Source: a virus
Taxonomy: Duplodnaviria > Caudoviricetes
Length of the DNA: 64,000 bases
Reading direction: 5' to 3' (one strand)
Virus record (IMG/VR): IMGVR_UViG_3300029288_000131
Location: 25,175-89,174 of that record
A model generated the notes under the pieces. The model had not been told where the DNA came from. It searched no databases and was given only the letters and a program-made list of their open reading frames with translations. This document shows, piece after piece, positions 17,928 through 26,938 of this stretch. Made by a program: the position numbers and the translations under genes. Each line of letters opens with the position of its first letter. The stretch's first letter is position 1.

Positions 17928-18829
17928 GCGAACCCAACACTCTCTACCCGTTCGGCCCCTGGACGCCGCTTGACGACGCCGCTGAGCCGAACATGCTGCG
18001 CCCGTTCGGTGCTTGGCATGAGGTGGAAGAGGGGGATGACGAATCTAGTTCTTCGAGTTTTAGTTGTACTAGCTTGTCTTGCTCTACACAGAGTGGATAT
18101 TCAAGTGCCAGCAGTCCCTCATCTACGACTAGTTTGTCCTCTTCTAGCTGTACCAGTCTTTCCTCAGCTTCCTCAGCAAGCAGTGAATCTAGTCCTTCCT
18201 CGTTGAGCAGTCCATCTTCTTCTAGCTGTACCAGTCCTTCCTCTGCGAGCAGTGAATCTAGTCCTTCCTCATTGAGCAGTTTGTCTTGCTCAAGTTCGTC
18301 TAGCCAGTCCAGTCCATCTTATTCTAGTAGCACGAGCCCGTCCTCAGCAAGCAGTGAGTCTTGTTCAAGTCCATCCTCTACAAGTAGCCAGTCCAGTGAA
18401 TCTTGTTCTAGCCCGTCATCAGCTAGCAGTGAGTCTAGCGAATCGTGTTCTAGTCCATCGTCAGAAAGCAACCCGTCCTCAGCAAGCAGTTCGTCCAGTT
18501 CATCTTCGGTCAGCAGTGAGTCTTGTTCAAGTCCTTCGTCTGAGAGTAGCCCGTCCTCGGCAAGCAGTGAGTCTTGTTCAAGTCCTTCGTCTGAGAGTAG
18601 CCCGTCCTCGGCAAGCAGTGAGTCTTGTTCAAGTCCTTCATCGGCTAGCAGTCCATCAAGTTCAAGTAGCATATCATCAATAAGCACGTCGTCGTTGAGC
18701 AGTTCTTGTAGTGCCGTCAGCTCGTCGAGTTCTTGCAGTTCTACAACCGTAGGTCCAGTGTTTTCTCCCAGGTGGGCAGAGGGCGTCAACAGATACATCG
18801 GCTTCGGGCACGGGATAGGAGTAGGATGA
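17924..18829 (+). CDS. poly-Ser protein 1
   Basis: About 230-aa S/C/P/E tract between short conserved-looking ends; ATGA coupling. Confidence 0.7.
   Translation: MSEPNTLYPFGPWTPLDDAAEPNMLRPFGAWHEVEEGDDESSSSSFSCTSLSCSTQSGYSSASSPSSTTSLSSSSCTSLSSASSASSESSPSSLSSPSSSSCTSPSSASSESSPSSLSSLSCSSSSSQSSPSYSSSTSPSSASSESCSSPSSTSSQSSESCSSPSSASSESSESCSSPSSESNPSSASSSSSSSSVSSESCSSPSSESSPSSASSESCSSPSSESSPSSASSESCSSPSSASSPSSSSSISSISTSSLSSSCSAVSSSSSCSSTTVGPVFSPRWAEGVNRYIGFGHGIGVG
18512..18639 (+). repeat. 51-bp tandem repeat (about 2.5 copies)
   Basis: AGCAGTGAGTCTTGTTCAAGTCCTTC starts at 18512, 18563, 18614; unit SESCSSPSSESSPSSAS. Confidence 0.9.
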
Positions 18830-18830
18830 A

Positions 18831-20201
18831 ATGTACCTGAAAAACGACCCTGTTCCTGAGCCGATTAAAGCGAAGGTGATTCATGCTGGTACTGGCGAGC
18901 CGATCACGTCAGGTGTGGTTGTTTTTTACTTGCAAGGTTCAACGAGAACACCGGGTGCTGGTACACTGGAGATAGTTGGGGAGACGTGGAACTACACTCC
19001 AACGCAAGCCGAGACGAATTGTGATGAGTTTGCCATCGAGTTCTACCACGTCAATGCTGTAGGCAACGGTCCAATCGTCCAGGTCGTTCCGACGACCATG
19101 ACACAATCAGCCGCTGCTGCCGTGTCGTCATTGGGGACGATTACGATCAGCAGAACGTGGGAGGTTGATGGCGTCCTGACAGACGTGACGTCTGCCAAAC
19201 TGAGTGACCCGACTGGCACCTACGGAGTTAAGAGGGACGACACAAACGCTGTGGTGGTCGCTGACGCCGTGGATATGACGAGGGTGGGGACGGGGGTCTA
19301 CCAATATACCTTTACAGAGCCCGCCTCAGGTTTAGCGTATACGGCGTATATCGAGTTCGTTTACGACGGAGCTTCTTACTACTTCGAGATCGACATCCAG
19401 GCTGAATCGGTAAGGATCGTTTCTGCAAGGGATGTGATGCTTGAGATGGGGATTTTGGACACGGCCTCGGCCACTGAAATTGCTTTGATCGAACGAGGAA
19501 TTGCCAATGCCGAGGGAGCCGTCAAGAGGTTCTTGCGATACGACCCAAAGCACCGGCAAAGGACGGAGTTCTATCCACGAGCGAACTTCTCGTACAATCC
19601 CAGGGCGGCAGTTTGGGAGGTGTCGGAGAGCCATGCATATCTAAGAAGGATTGCAGAGTCGGCCAGCGATGAGCTGCAACTTCAACATCTACCGATTCGT
19701 AGCATCGATGCTCTTTACATCGATTACGATGGACGGGGTGGGGCAAGAACAGGAGCGTTCGCTGCCGAGACGCTCAAGGTGGAGGGAAGCGATTACTGGC
19801 CCAACTATGACTTGCTTGACAGCGGGGGAAACAGGGTCTGTAGCGACGGGATACTGCGAAGCATGGGCTCTTGGCCATCTACCCCCGGCTGCGTGAAGGT
19901 GCAGTATACGGCGGGCTACAAATCGGCTGAATTGCAAGGGAACGATTCGATCATAGACGCTACACCTATTTGGCAAACCGTCTTGGAAGAATCGGCTCGA
20001 CGGGCACGTAAGGCATTGGTGTGGGCCAAGCATATCAGGGCAGGACATCTTGCCGGGGTGATCACGAACGAAAGCCTCGGTGACTACAGCTACAGCATCG
20101 ACGCTTCGATGGCTGCCAAGTTGTTTGGGGACACGAGAGAATTGTCAAGTGGATCAGTTTCACGACTGGAACCTTTTGTCAACTGGGGATTTGAACAATG
20201 A
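18831..20201 (+). CDS. head-tail connector/adaptor-like protein with two N-terminal Ig-like modules
   Basis: C-half: IERGIANAEGAVKRFLRYD, VKVQYTAGY, ITNESLGDYSYS, typical of gp6/gp15-like adaptors. Confidence 0.7.
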   Translation: MYLKNDPVPEPIKAKVIHAGTGEPITSGVVVFYLQGSTRTPGAGTLEIVGETWNYTPTQAETNCDEFAIEFYHVNAVGNGPIVQVVPTTMTQSAAAAVSSLGTITISRTWEVDGVLTDVTSAKLSDPTGTYGVKRDDTNAVVVADAVDMTRVGTGVYQYTFTEPASGLAYTAYIEFVYDGASYYFEIDIQAESVRIVSARDVMLEMGILDTASATEIALIERGIANAEGAVKRFLRYDPKHRQRTEFYPRANFSYNPRAAVWEVSESHAYLRRIAESASDELQLQHLPIRSIDALYIDYDGRGGARTGAFAAETLKVEGSDYWPNYDLLDSGGNRVCSDGILRSMGSWPSTPGCVKVQYTAGYKSAELQGNDSIIDATPIWQTVLEESARRARKALVWAKHIRAGHLAGVITNESLGDYSYSIDASMAAKLFGDTRELSSGSVSRLEPFVNWGFEQ

Positions 20202-20515
20202 CCATTTACGTTGATGTTGATGGAACGCTTACGACCAGTGCTCGATCTGGCGGGGTGTTCAAGAGTGCTTCACTCAGGGAAGATGTAATAGAGAAGGTCA
20301 AGGAGTGGATCGCTGCTGGACATGATGTGGTGCTTTGGTCCGACGACCGAAGGTATGCTGATAAAGTTGCTCGACGTTTGGGACTGGCTGTCGGAGCCGC
20401 TGTGAAGAAGCCCGACTTGATCGTGGACGACAAGACGTTTCGCATCAAGCAACTGACCCGCAGATGCTTGGTGACGCCGGACCAGTTCCTTGAGATGGAA
20501 GTTGAGCAGAAATGA
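20198..20515 (+). CDS. HAD-superfamily phosphatase
   Basis: IYVDVDGTL (DxDGT), VVLWS, KPDLIVDD. Confidence 0.8.
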   Translation: MTIYVDVDGTLTTSARSGGVFKSASLREDVIEKVKEWIAAGHDVVLWSDDRRYADKVARRLGLAVGAAVKKPDLIVDDKTFRIKQLTRRCLVTPDQFLEMEVEQK

Positions 20516-21369
20516 TTGATCCTCTGCAGGTCGAACGCCGAGGTAAACCCATCGATCTAGAAGGGCTGTGGAATCCAAACCCAGCCTTTCTGGTCGGTGG
20601 GGGACCGTCTCTGAACGACTTGCCATTGGAGCGTCTAAAGGATCGGGGAGTGGTTTCGTTGGCAATTAATCAGTCGGCAGCATGGGTTCCGGTCAAGGCA
20701 TGGGTGTTTAGTGACACGCAGTGGAAGTTTCATTCGTCGTTGTTCATGGACCCTGCCGTTATGACGTTTGCTCCGATCCCGAAACTGAGAAGGCAGTTCC
20801 ATCTCAAGACGGAGGAGGGTTTTCACGATACGGGGATTCGACTGAACCAATGCCCGAACACCTACGGCTATTCGAGACTGACTTGCTTTGTGCCGGACGA
20901 GTTCTTTACGACGACACACGCTCACTGGGGACCAAGAAAACACCAGCCCGCTGACAAGCCGGAGCAGGGATGTCTATGCACAATGCTGTTGGGCATACGG
21001 TTGCTACACTACCTTGGAGTCCGTCGGATCTATTTGTTGGGAGTTGATAATAAGGGAAGGGATGGGAAGTGCTACGCATTCCCGGAGGGCAAGGGTGCTA
21101 GGACGAGACGCTACAAGTGGGAACGGCACATGCTCGAACGGCTTCAACCTCAGTTTGACAAGAGGGGGATGGAGCTGTATAACTGCAGCCCTGACAGCGA
21201 TTGTCGTTTGTATCCGTTTCGTTCTTTTGATGAAGCGTTGAAGGATTGTAAAGGTTCGGTGGAGGACGACCCGCTAGACACGACTGGCTGGTACGACATG
21301 AGTTCCCAGCAGGAGCAGTGTCGGAAGAACCCCAAGATCGTTCCCGTCCATTATGGAGGTGCGAGATGA
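20512..21369 (+). CDS. DUF115/Maf-like putative glycosyltransferase, paralog 1
   Basis: AFLVGGGPSL, LAINQ, YLGVRRIYLLGVD, LYNCS; paralogous to 44341-45285. Confidence 0.6.
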   Translation: MIDPLQVERRGKPIDLEGLWNPNPAFLVGGGPSLNDLPLERLKDRGVVSLAINQSAAWVPVKAWVFSDTQWKFHSSLFMDPAVMTFAPIPKLRRQFHLKTEEGFHDTGIRLNQCPNTYGYSRLTCFVPDEFFTTTHAHWGPRKHQPADKPEQGCLCTMLLGIRLLHYLGVRRIYLLGVDNKGRDGKCYAFPEGKGARTRRYKWERHMLERLQPQFDKRGMELYNCSPDSDCRLYPFRSFDEALKDCKGSVEDDPLDTTGWYDMSSQQEQCRKNPKIVPVHYGGAR

Positions 21370-21539
21370 TCGACAGAGACGAAGCAAAGGACATCGAACA
21401 GTGGGCCGAGGAGGAAGCAGAGGGACTGGCGACACTGTGGCACTGCATTTGGTATCATTGCTTGGAGAGGGGTTTCGCAAAGGAAGAGGCGATGGAACTG
21501 CTAAAGACCTACATCATGGCGACAGAGGAGTTGGGGTGA
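21366..21539 (+). CDS. hypothetical protein (57 aa)
   Basis: GGAGGTG RBS, ATG 21366. Confidence 0.55.
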   Translation: MIDRDEAKDIEQWAEEEAEGLATLWHCIWYHCLERGFAKEEAMELLKTYIMATEELG

Positions 21540-22312
21540 GATTCAGGACCAGCTACCAGATAGCTGTTACGTATCAATGCAAGCTGAAGTGCGAGCATTG
21601 CTTCGAGCTGTTTGATGTGCTGCCGTCGTTGGACAGGGACTCGGAAGTGTCACTAACTGATGTTGTGTTTGCTGGACGGTTGCTGAAGAAGTTCCAGATT
21701 GATGTTGCCAAACTCAGGCTGACCGGGGGTGAGCCTATGTTGCATCCCAAGTTGTCTCAGATACAGGAGGTGGTGAAGGGAGAGTGGAAACCCGAGACGA
21801 TGGTGGTGTGCACGAGCGGTGTCGGTTTCTCTCAAGAGGAGTTGAGTCAAGCGGGATCGGTAAGGGAGTATGGGATGGAGCTGAAAAGAGAAACCCATCA
21901 TAATTATCGCATATCGCCGTTCGACCTGGGCATTGCTCCGAAGTTGGGGTTTGTTGATCGATGTAGGACGCAGCACTACTGCGGATGCTACTTCGATGCT
22001 TATGGGTTTACAGCATGTCCACAAGCAGCACCGTTCGGCCGGCTTTTTGGGATGGATTACCATGAATGGGCTCCGGTGCTGAGAGGCAGGGAAGAGTTTT
22101 GTCGTCATTGTACGGCTTCGTTGGGAAGGAATGGTGCTGCTCGATTGATGCAGTTGGCGAGGGATGGAAAGATCGAGTATCCCACCAAGACATTTAAGGA
22201 AGCCATAGCACGACGGAAAGATGAGGGATACTTGGAGATTCCCAAGTTTAGGGACAGGCTGCCCAAGCAAATGCAACAGCAGTATGACAAGACGAAGAGG
22301 AGGATTGGATAG
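21536..22312 (+). CDS. radical SAM protein with C-terminal auxiliary Cys cluster
   Basis: YQCKLKCEHC (CxxxCxxC), LTGGEPMLHP, C-terminal C..YCGC...CP...CRHC. Confidence 0.85.
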   Translation: MRFRTSYQIAVTYQCKLKCEHCFELFDVLPSLDRDSEVSLTDVVFAGRLLKKFQIDVAKLRLTGGEPMLHPKLSQIQEVVKGEWKPETMVVCTSGVGFSQEELSQAGSVREYGMELKRETHHNYRISPFDLGIAPKLGFVDRCRTQHYCGCYFDAYGFTACPQAAPFGRLFGMDYHEWAPVLRGREEFCRHCTASLGRNGAARLMQLARDGKIEYPTKTFKEAIARRKDEGYLEIPKFRDRLPKQMQQQYDKTKRRIG

Positions 22313-22683
22313 TGTCGTTGCTTGAAAATCTTCCACACCGTTGTACTATTCGCCGTCGGGTGAGATCCAAAGGCACGCTCGGTGGTAGTAAGGACAGCTT
22401 TACGGTTGAGCAGACGGGTGTTCACTGCTGGGAGCAGAAGGCTGGTGATTCCGAAATAACAGAGTTCAGCAAGCGGGGCATTCGTATCAGCAGGAAGGTC
22501 TACTTCGTAAACGATCCGGAGGTGACGGAGCGTCACCAGATTTTGATAACGGAGAAGAGCGGAGTAGTGGACAGCGACCCGACGCCTTTGGACGTCAAGT
22601 CGACACCAAGACCCGATGCAGACGTGGGGTTTGGTTTGCTGTTTCGGGTGTTCGTAGATGAGTCTACTGGGGAGGAGAACTGA
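22312..22683 (+). CDS. head closure/head-tail joining protein
   Basis: LPHRCTIRR...DSFT...VHCWEQ...KVYF pattern of gp16-like stoppers. Confidence 0.6.
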   Translation: MSLLENLPHRCTIRRRVRSKGTLGGSKDSFTVEQTGVHCWEQKAGDSEITEFSKRGIRISRKVYFVNDPEVTERHQILITEKSGVVDSDPTPLDVKSTPRPDADVGFGLLFRVFVDESTGEEN

Positions 22684-23021
22684 TGCAAGTAGTTTGTGAA
22701 ACCGTAGGCGACTTTATTGAACACATAGAAGATGGCAAGATATGGCAATCGACCATCTTCATCAATCGAACGAGGAAACCAGTTGGAGGAGACAAGTTCA
22801 ATGCAGTGAAGTGGGAGGTGTGTCTCCAAGCATCCGCCGTGGTGCAGATAGACGAGGAGTCTCAGCTACTATTGCAATATGGCGAATTCTGCGGGTATGA
22901 CTACACCGATGCATCAGCAGAAAGCAAGGCAACAGAACGGGCAGACGGTCTGCTCGGACAACTTCGTTGTGTCTGCGAGGACAAGGGGTTGAAGATCAAA
23001 CCCGGCATCCTCGGAATGTAG
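22683..23021 (+). CDS. hypothetical protein
   Basis: 112 aa, TGATG coupling. Confidence 0.6.
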   Translation: MQVVCETVGDFIEHIEDGKIWQSTIFINRTRKPVGGDKFNAVKWEVCLQASAVVQIDEESQLLLQYGEFCGYDYTDASAESKATERADGLLGQLRCVCEDKGLKIKPGILGM

Positions 23022-23034
23022 AAGGAGAAGGACG

Positions 23035-23337
23035 ATGGAAGTTCACACGGGTTCCGAAGAAGCGTTGGCAAAGTTCAAGGAGAATCTGGCCAAGGCAGCA
23101 GAGTCGGGTCATTGGATGGCGGTGTGCTGGTCGGTGGTGGACGAGCAGTTGGTGCTCGTCGGCAGGACCACGTTCTCGTTCCCGAGGGGTGATTTTGCCG
23201 AGTGCGTCCGTCAACTGCAACGGGTCTGTCAGGAGGAGGAGTATGCTGCAAGCATTCCTCCTCCCTTGCCCCGCTACGTTGACAAGGGCAACAATCACAA
23301 GCCCCCGACCGAGGACGAAGTGAAAGAATGGCAATGA
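23035..23337 (+). CDS. hypothetical protein
   Basis: AAGGAG RBS. Confidence 0.6.
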   Translation: MEVHTGSEEALAKFKENLAKAAESGHWMAVCWSVVDEQLVLVGRTTFSFPRGDFAECVRQLQRVCQEEEYAASIPPPLPRYVDKGNNHKPPTEDEVKEWQ

Positions 23338-23762
23338 TCTTCAAACGAATCGTGTCGTGGTGGAAGCTGCGACGGTTGAAGGGTGCCGTCAGGATGGCGG
23401 CCGATTGGGAGTGCTGGGCAACCGAGCTGTCCCGTCGGTTGGGCAGAGACATGCAAGAATTGTTGAATGTTCGTCAGCAGTTGGAAGAAGAGCAGCAGCA
23501 GTGTGAAAGGAAGCTGCAACTTCTTCGCCGTCGGCTAGACTCGATAGTAGCCACCACTGTTGAGGATTTGAATGAGGCAACAAGTCTACAGGAACAGCAA
23601 AAGACGGTGGTGGAGGCTCTTCAGCAGGAAAATCAAGTCATGTCGGAAGCCACCATTCCGATGCTTGTTGCCTCGAACCGCTTGGCGGTTGAGAGGTGGA
23701 ATGCACAAGTGGCTGCCCAAGTAAGGCAGCAGGTGCTAACATCCGGTAGATCGGAGGAGTGA
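23328..23762 (+). CDS. coiled-coil protein
   Basis: Heptad-rich 144 aa. Confidence 0.6.
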   Translation: MAMIFKRIVSWWKLRRLKGAVRMAADWECWATELSRRLGRDMQELLNVRQQLEEEQQQCERKLQLLRRRLDSIVATTVEDLNEATSLQEQQKTVVEALQQENQVMSEATIPMLVASNRLAVERWNAQVAAQVRQQVLTSGRSEE

Positions 23763-23763
23763 A

Positions 23764-25389
23764 ATGAACGCTCTCACAAAGGCGTTCGACAGTCAGCGGT
23801 CCCTGATAGCTACCGTTCGAGATGATGCCGTGCGTCTGAAAGCGTCCGGCGTCTTGAGCGGACAAGTAGGATCGTCCATGCTTGGTGAGATGGGCAGCAT
23901 GATGCAGAACCAAGCCAAGTATCAATCCAAGTACGCTTTGTTTCGAGGGTGGATTTACTCGGCCGTTCATGCCATAGCAGATGCTGCGGCTGGGCAGCCG
24001 GTCAGCTTGGCTCGATTGAAGAAGGTCCCGAAGAACGGGGATGTTCCGAAGCGGTCGAAGGCTTATCAGTTGAACAAGATGCCCAACTCGATAAGGGCCA
24101 AGGCCATCCAGCATGAGATGGACATGCTGGAAGATCATCCTTTGGTTGCAACATTGGAATCGCCCAACCCGTTTCAGGATCGTTGTCACTTCACCTACAC
24201 GTTTGTTGCCAATCTGGCATTGACGGGGTGGGCTTACGTGGTGAGGGACAAGACTAAGGATGGTAAGCATCAGTTCATCTGCCTGCCCACCACTTGGATC
24301 ACCCCGAAACACGAGAAGGGACCGTTTTCAAAGTTCGTGGTTAGGAACCCCCAGAACCCGAACGTCAAGGGAGAAGAGTTAGATAGGTCTCAGGTGGCGT
24401 TTGCTCACCTGCCCAACCCGTCCGATCCGTTGAGTGCCATGTCCCCTGCTGGTGCTCAAATCACCAGCATTAGAATTGACGACCACATCCAGACTTGCCA
24501 GGAGCAGTTCTTTTATAACGGAGTGTTCCCGTCTGTGATTATCACGATGGGAAAGAATCCTGATCCTGACATGCCCGGTGGGGGCAACCGTCCCATGCTG
24601 ACCCCCGCCCAGAGAAGGCAGGTCAACGCTGTCATTCGCAAGACGTGGGCGGGTGTTCATAACTACGGCAACCCTGCAATCATTGATGCCTCGATCGAGA
24701 GAATCGAACGGTTGGGAGCTACCCAGAACGAGATCGGATGGGAGAAGTCCGAGATGACCGTGCGGACTCGCATCCTGTCCAGTTATGGAGTACATCCCTT
24801 CATCCTCGGCGAGACGATGCCTGGAAGCTATGCCCAGGCTAGCATTGTTGAGGGTCGGTTCTATCGCAGAGTGAACGGCTACTTGGAGATGTTGTCGAAC
24901 CTGATGACGAACTTCATCAGGCAGATTGAGGATGAGGATAGTGAAGATTTGCTTGCTTGGTGGGAGAAGTTGGAGTCACGGGATCAGGGACTCTACTATC
25001 AAAACATGCGAGAGGCTCGGAAGACGGGTGACATCACGAAGAACGAGTACCGTGCTATCCTTGGGTTCCCTCCGGCAGAGGATGAGGAAGAAGAGGAGGC
25101 AGCTCCCATCGGGCAGAGCTTGTTCGGTGGGATCATTCAATTGATTGCTCAGATAGGGCAAGGCAACATTGACCCCACTCAAGGCGAAGCACTGCTGGTA
25201 GGACTCGGTGTGCCGAAGAAGGTGGCCGAAAAGGTGTCGGGCATCGGCATCAAGCGGGAGCAGCAAGTCCAGCAAGAGCAGGAAGTGGTCGAGGATGCTG
25301 TTGAGGAGCTGAAGAGAGCTTTGGTTGAGTTGAAGGTGTCACCGTCCGAATTGGCTAATCGGATCGAACGGGAGTGCTTGGTAGGATGA
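23764..25389 (+). CDS. portal protein (HK97-like)
   Basis: WIYSAVHAIADAAA, HPLVATLESPNP, LALTGWAY, FYNGVFPS, ILSSYGVHPFILG. Confidence 0.9.
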   Translation: MNALTKAFDSQRSLIATVRDDAVRLKASGVLSGQVGSSMLGEMGSMMQNQAKYQSKYALFRGWIYSAVHAIADAAAGQPVSLARLKKVPKNGDVPKRSKAYQLNKMPNSIRAKAIQHEMDMLEDHPLVATLESPNPFQDRCHFTYTFVANLALTGWAYVVRDKTKDGKHQFICLPTTWITPKHEKGPFSKFVVRNPQNPNVKGEELDRSQVAFAHLPNPSDPLSAMSPAGAQITSIRIDDHIQTCQEQFFYNGVFPSVIITMGKNPDPDMPGGGNRPMLTPAQRRQVNAVIRKTWAGVHNYGNPAIIDASIERIERLGATQNEIGWEKSEMTVRTRILSSYGVHPFILGETMPGSYAQASIVEGRFYRRVNGYLEMLSNLMTNFIRQIEDEDSEDLLAWWEKLESRDQGLYYQNMREARKTGDITKNEYRAILGFPPAEDEEEEEAAPIGQSLFGGIIQLIAQIGQGNIDPTQGEALLVGLGVPKKVAEKVSGIGIKREQQVQQEQEVVEDAVEELKRALVELKVSPSELANRIERECLVG

Positions 25390-26753
25390 ACCGCCTAGAA
25401 CTAGCTAAGCAGGTGGTCAACTCAGCGACGCTAGCTGTTCGTCTCAAGCAGCGTCAGATGGCTCCCACTCTGCGACGTGCCACTCAACGCCTCTTGCACT
25501 TGAAGGAGTTCAAGCGAACCGAGGAGGAGTTGGCGGAAGTCATTGCTCCTGTGATTCGGGAGGAGGTGAAGTCGATAGTCAGCGGGTTGTTTGAGATGGA
25601 CGGGAAGTCCATCACCTCCACCAAGTCCTACGAAGACAACGCTCACACCCTCGTCTCCCAGGTGTTCAACGCCCGTGAATGGCACGACCGTCTGATAGAT
25701 AAGATGCTGCCCGTGATGGCCGTGAAGATGTTGGAAGCTGCCACGGCCGAGATGCTGAGCATGGGTGTCGATCCTCGCAGAAGCAAAGGACGACTGAAGC
25801 TGGACGAGAAGTGGAACCCTGCCCAACCTCGTGACGAGTTCGGCAGGTGGGCAGGTGGTAGTGGGGGTTTGATGGGACCAGACATAGGAGGTGGTAGTGG
25901 TGGACGTAGTGGCAGTGGCATGGTGAGAGCCAGATACAGGGGAAAGAAGAGGGGATGGACTTTGAAGAACGGCGATCCCCTGCCAGACCACGCTCCGAAG
26001 TATATCTCACCAGGATGGCGTGATGTTCAGGTGGCTTTAGACCCAAATGCAGATACATTAGTGGTGGCTAAGGACTCAAAGGGAAGAGGACAGAGAATAT
26101 ACTCTCAGAATCACAAGATGCGAGCAGCCGCCGAGAAGTTTGCAAGAACCAATGAGCTTCGTCAAAAGATAATGAAGATAGAGCAGGAAATTGAGAAGGA
26201 TACAAAGAGCAAAGACCCTGCCATTCGAGAAGCTTCTGCTTGCCTACGACTCATCAACGAGACGGGCATCCGTCCTGGCAGTAGTAGAGACACACGAGCT
26301 GAGAAGCAGGCGTATGGTGCTACTACGTTAGAAGGACGGCATGTAAAGGTGTTGAAGGATGGGGTGCATTTAAGGTTCGTTGGAAAGAAGGGTGTCGATT
26401 TGGACATCCCTGTAACGAACGGGAAGATCGCATCCGACCTGATACGCCGTGCTAAGAGTGCTGGTAGGAGAGGCAAGTTGTTTGATACCACTCAGAACAG
26501 GGTTCTTGCTTACTCGAAGTCGAAGGACGGGGGTGGTTTCAAGACAAAGGACTTTCGCACGGCCAGGGGAACGACCGTAGCAATCAAGACAATGAGGGGA
26601 ATGCGTAAACCGAAGACAGAACAAGAATACAAGGAAGCTGTCAAGCAGGTGGCGACGGCAGTGTCGAAGAAATTGGGAAACACGCCGACAGTGGCATTAC
26701 AAAGCTACATTGATCCGACCGTGTTTGGCAAGTGGAGAGTGGAGGGAGAATGA
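25386..26753 (+). CDS. MuF/gpF N-terminal segment fused to DNA topoisomerase IB
   Basis: Helical N-terminus; WNPAQPRDEFGRW motif (25803-25850); TopIB catalytic set GIRPG(R), GKKG(K), KDFRT(R), LGNT(N for H), SYIDP(Y); DSKGRGQRIY. Confidence 0.88.
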   Translation: MNRLELAKQVVNSATLAVRLKQRQMAPTLRRATQRLLHLKEFKRTEEELAEVIAPVIREEVKSIVSGLFEMDGKSITSTKSYEDNAHTLVSQVFNAREWHDRLIDKMLPVMAVKMLEAATAEMLSMGVDPRRSKGRLKLDEKWNPAQPRDEFGRWAGGSGGLMGPDIGGGSGGRSGSGMVRARYRGKKRGWTLKNGDPLPDHAPKYISPGWRDVQVALDPNADTLVVAKDSKGRGQRIYSQNHKMRAAAEKFARTNELRQKIMKIEQEIEKDTKSKDPAIREASACLRLINETGIRPGSSRDTRAEKQAYGATTLEGRHVKVLKDGVHLRFVGKKGVDLDIPVTNGKIASDLIRRAKSAGRRGKLFDTTQNRVLAYSKSKDGGGFKTKDFRTARGTTVAIKTMRGMRKPKTEQEYKEAVKQVATAVSKKLGNTPTVALQSYIDPTVFGKWRVEGE

Positions 26754-26938
26754 TGCCTGAAATCTACGACGACGACCAAGACGTCTATTTCGGAGAGGTA
26801 GACAATCCTTTGCCGGATTGGAGAAAGAGCAAGTCCCTGATCGACGAGGAAGATCCCGACGACGAGTTGCTGGACGAGACACCCGAAGACGTAGTGGCGC
26901 TGCTAGGGTTCGATCCACTTGAGGAATGGAACGACTGA
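26750..26938 (+). CDS. small acidic protein
   Basis: EEDPDDELLDETPEDVVALLGFDP; coupled on both sides. Confidence 0.65.
   Translation: MMPEIYDDDQDVYFGEVDNPLPDWRKSKSLIDEEDPDDELLDETPEDVVALLGFDPLEEWND

Noticed and set aside
18043-18745. Poly-Ser tracts as assembly artefacts or microsatellites
   Set aside because: Mixed TCN/AGY codons, open frames and four independent occurrences argue for real coding
25920-26740. Tyrosine recombinase or integrase
   Set aside because: Motif order and context (DSKGR..Y, GIRPG, GKKG, KDFRT, LGNT, SYID) match bacterial/poxviral TopIB
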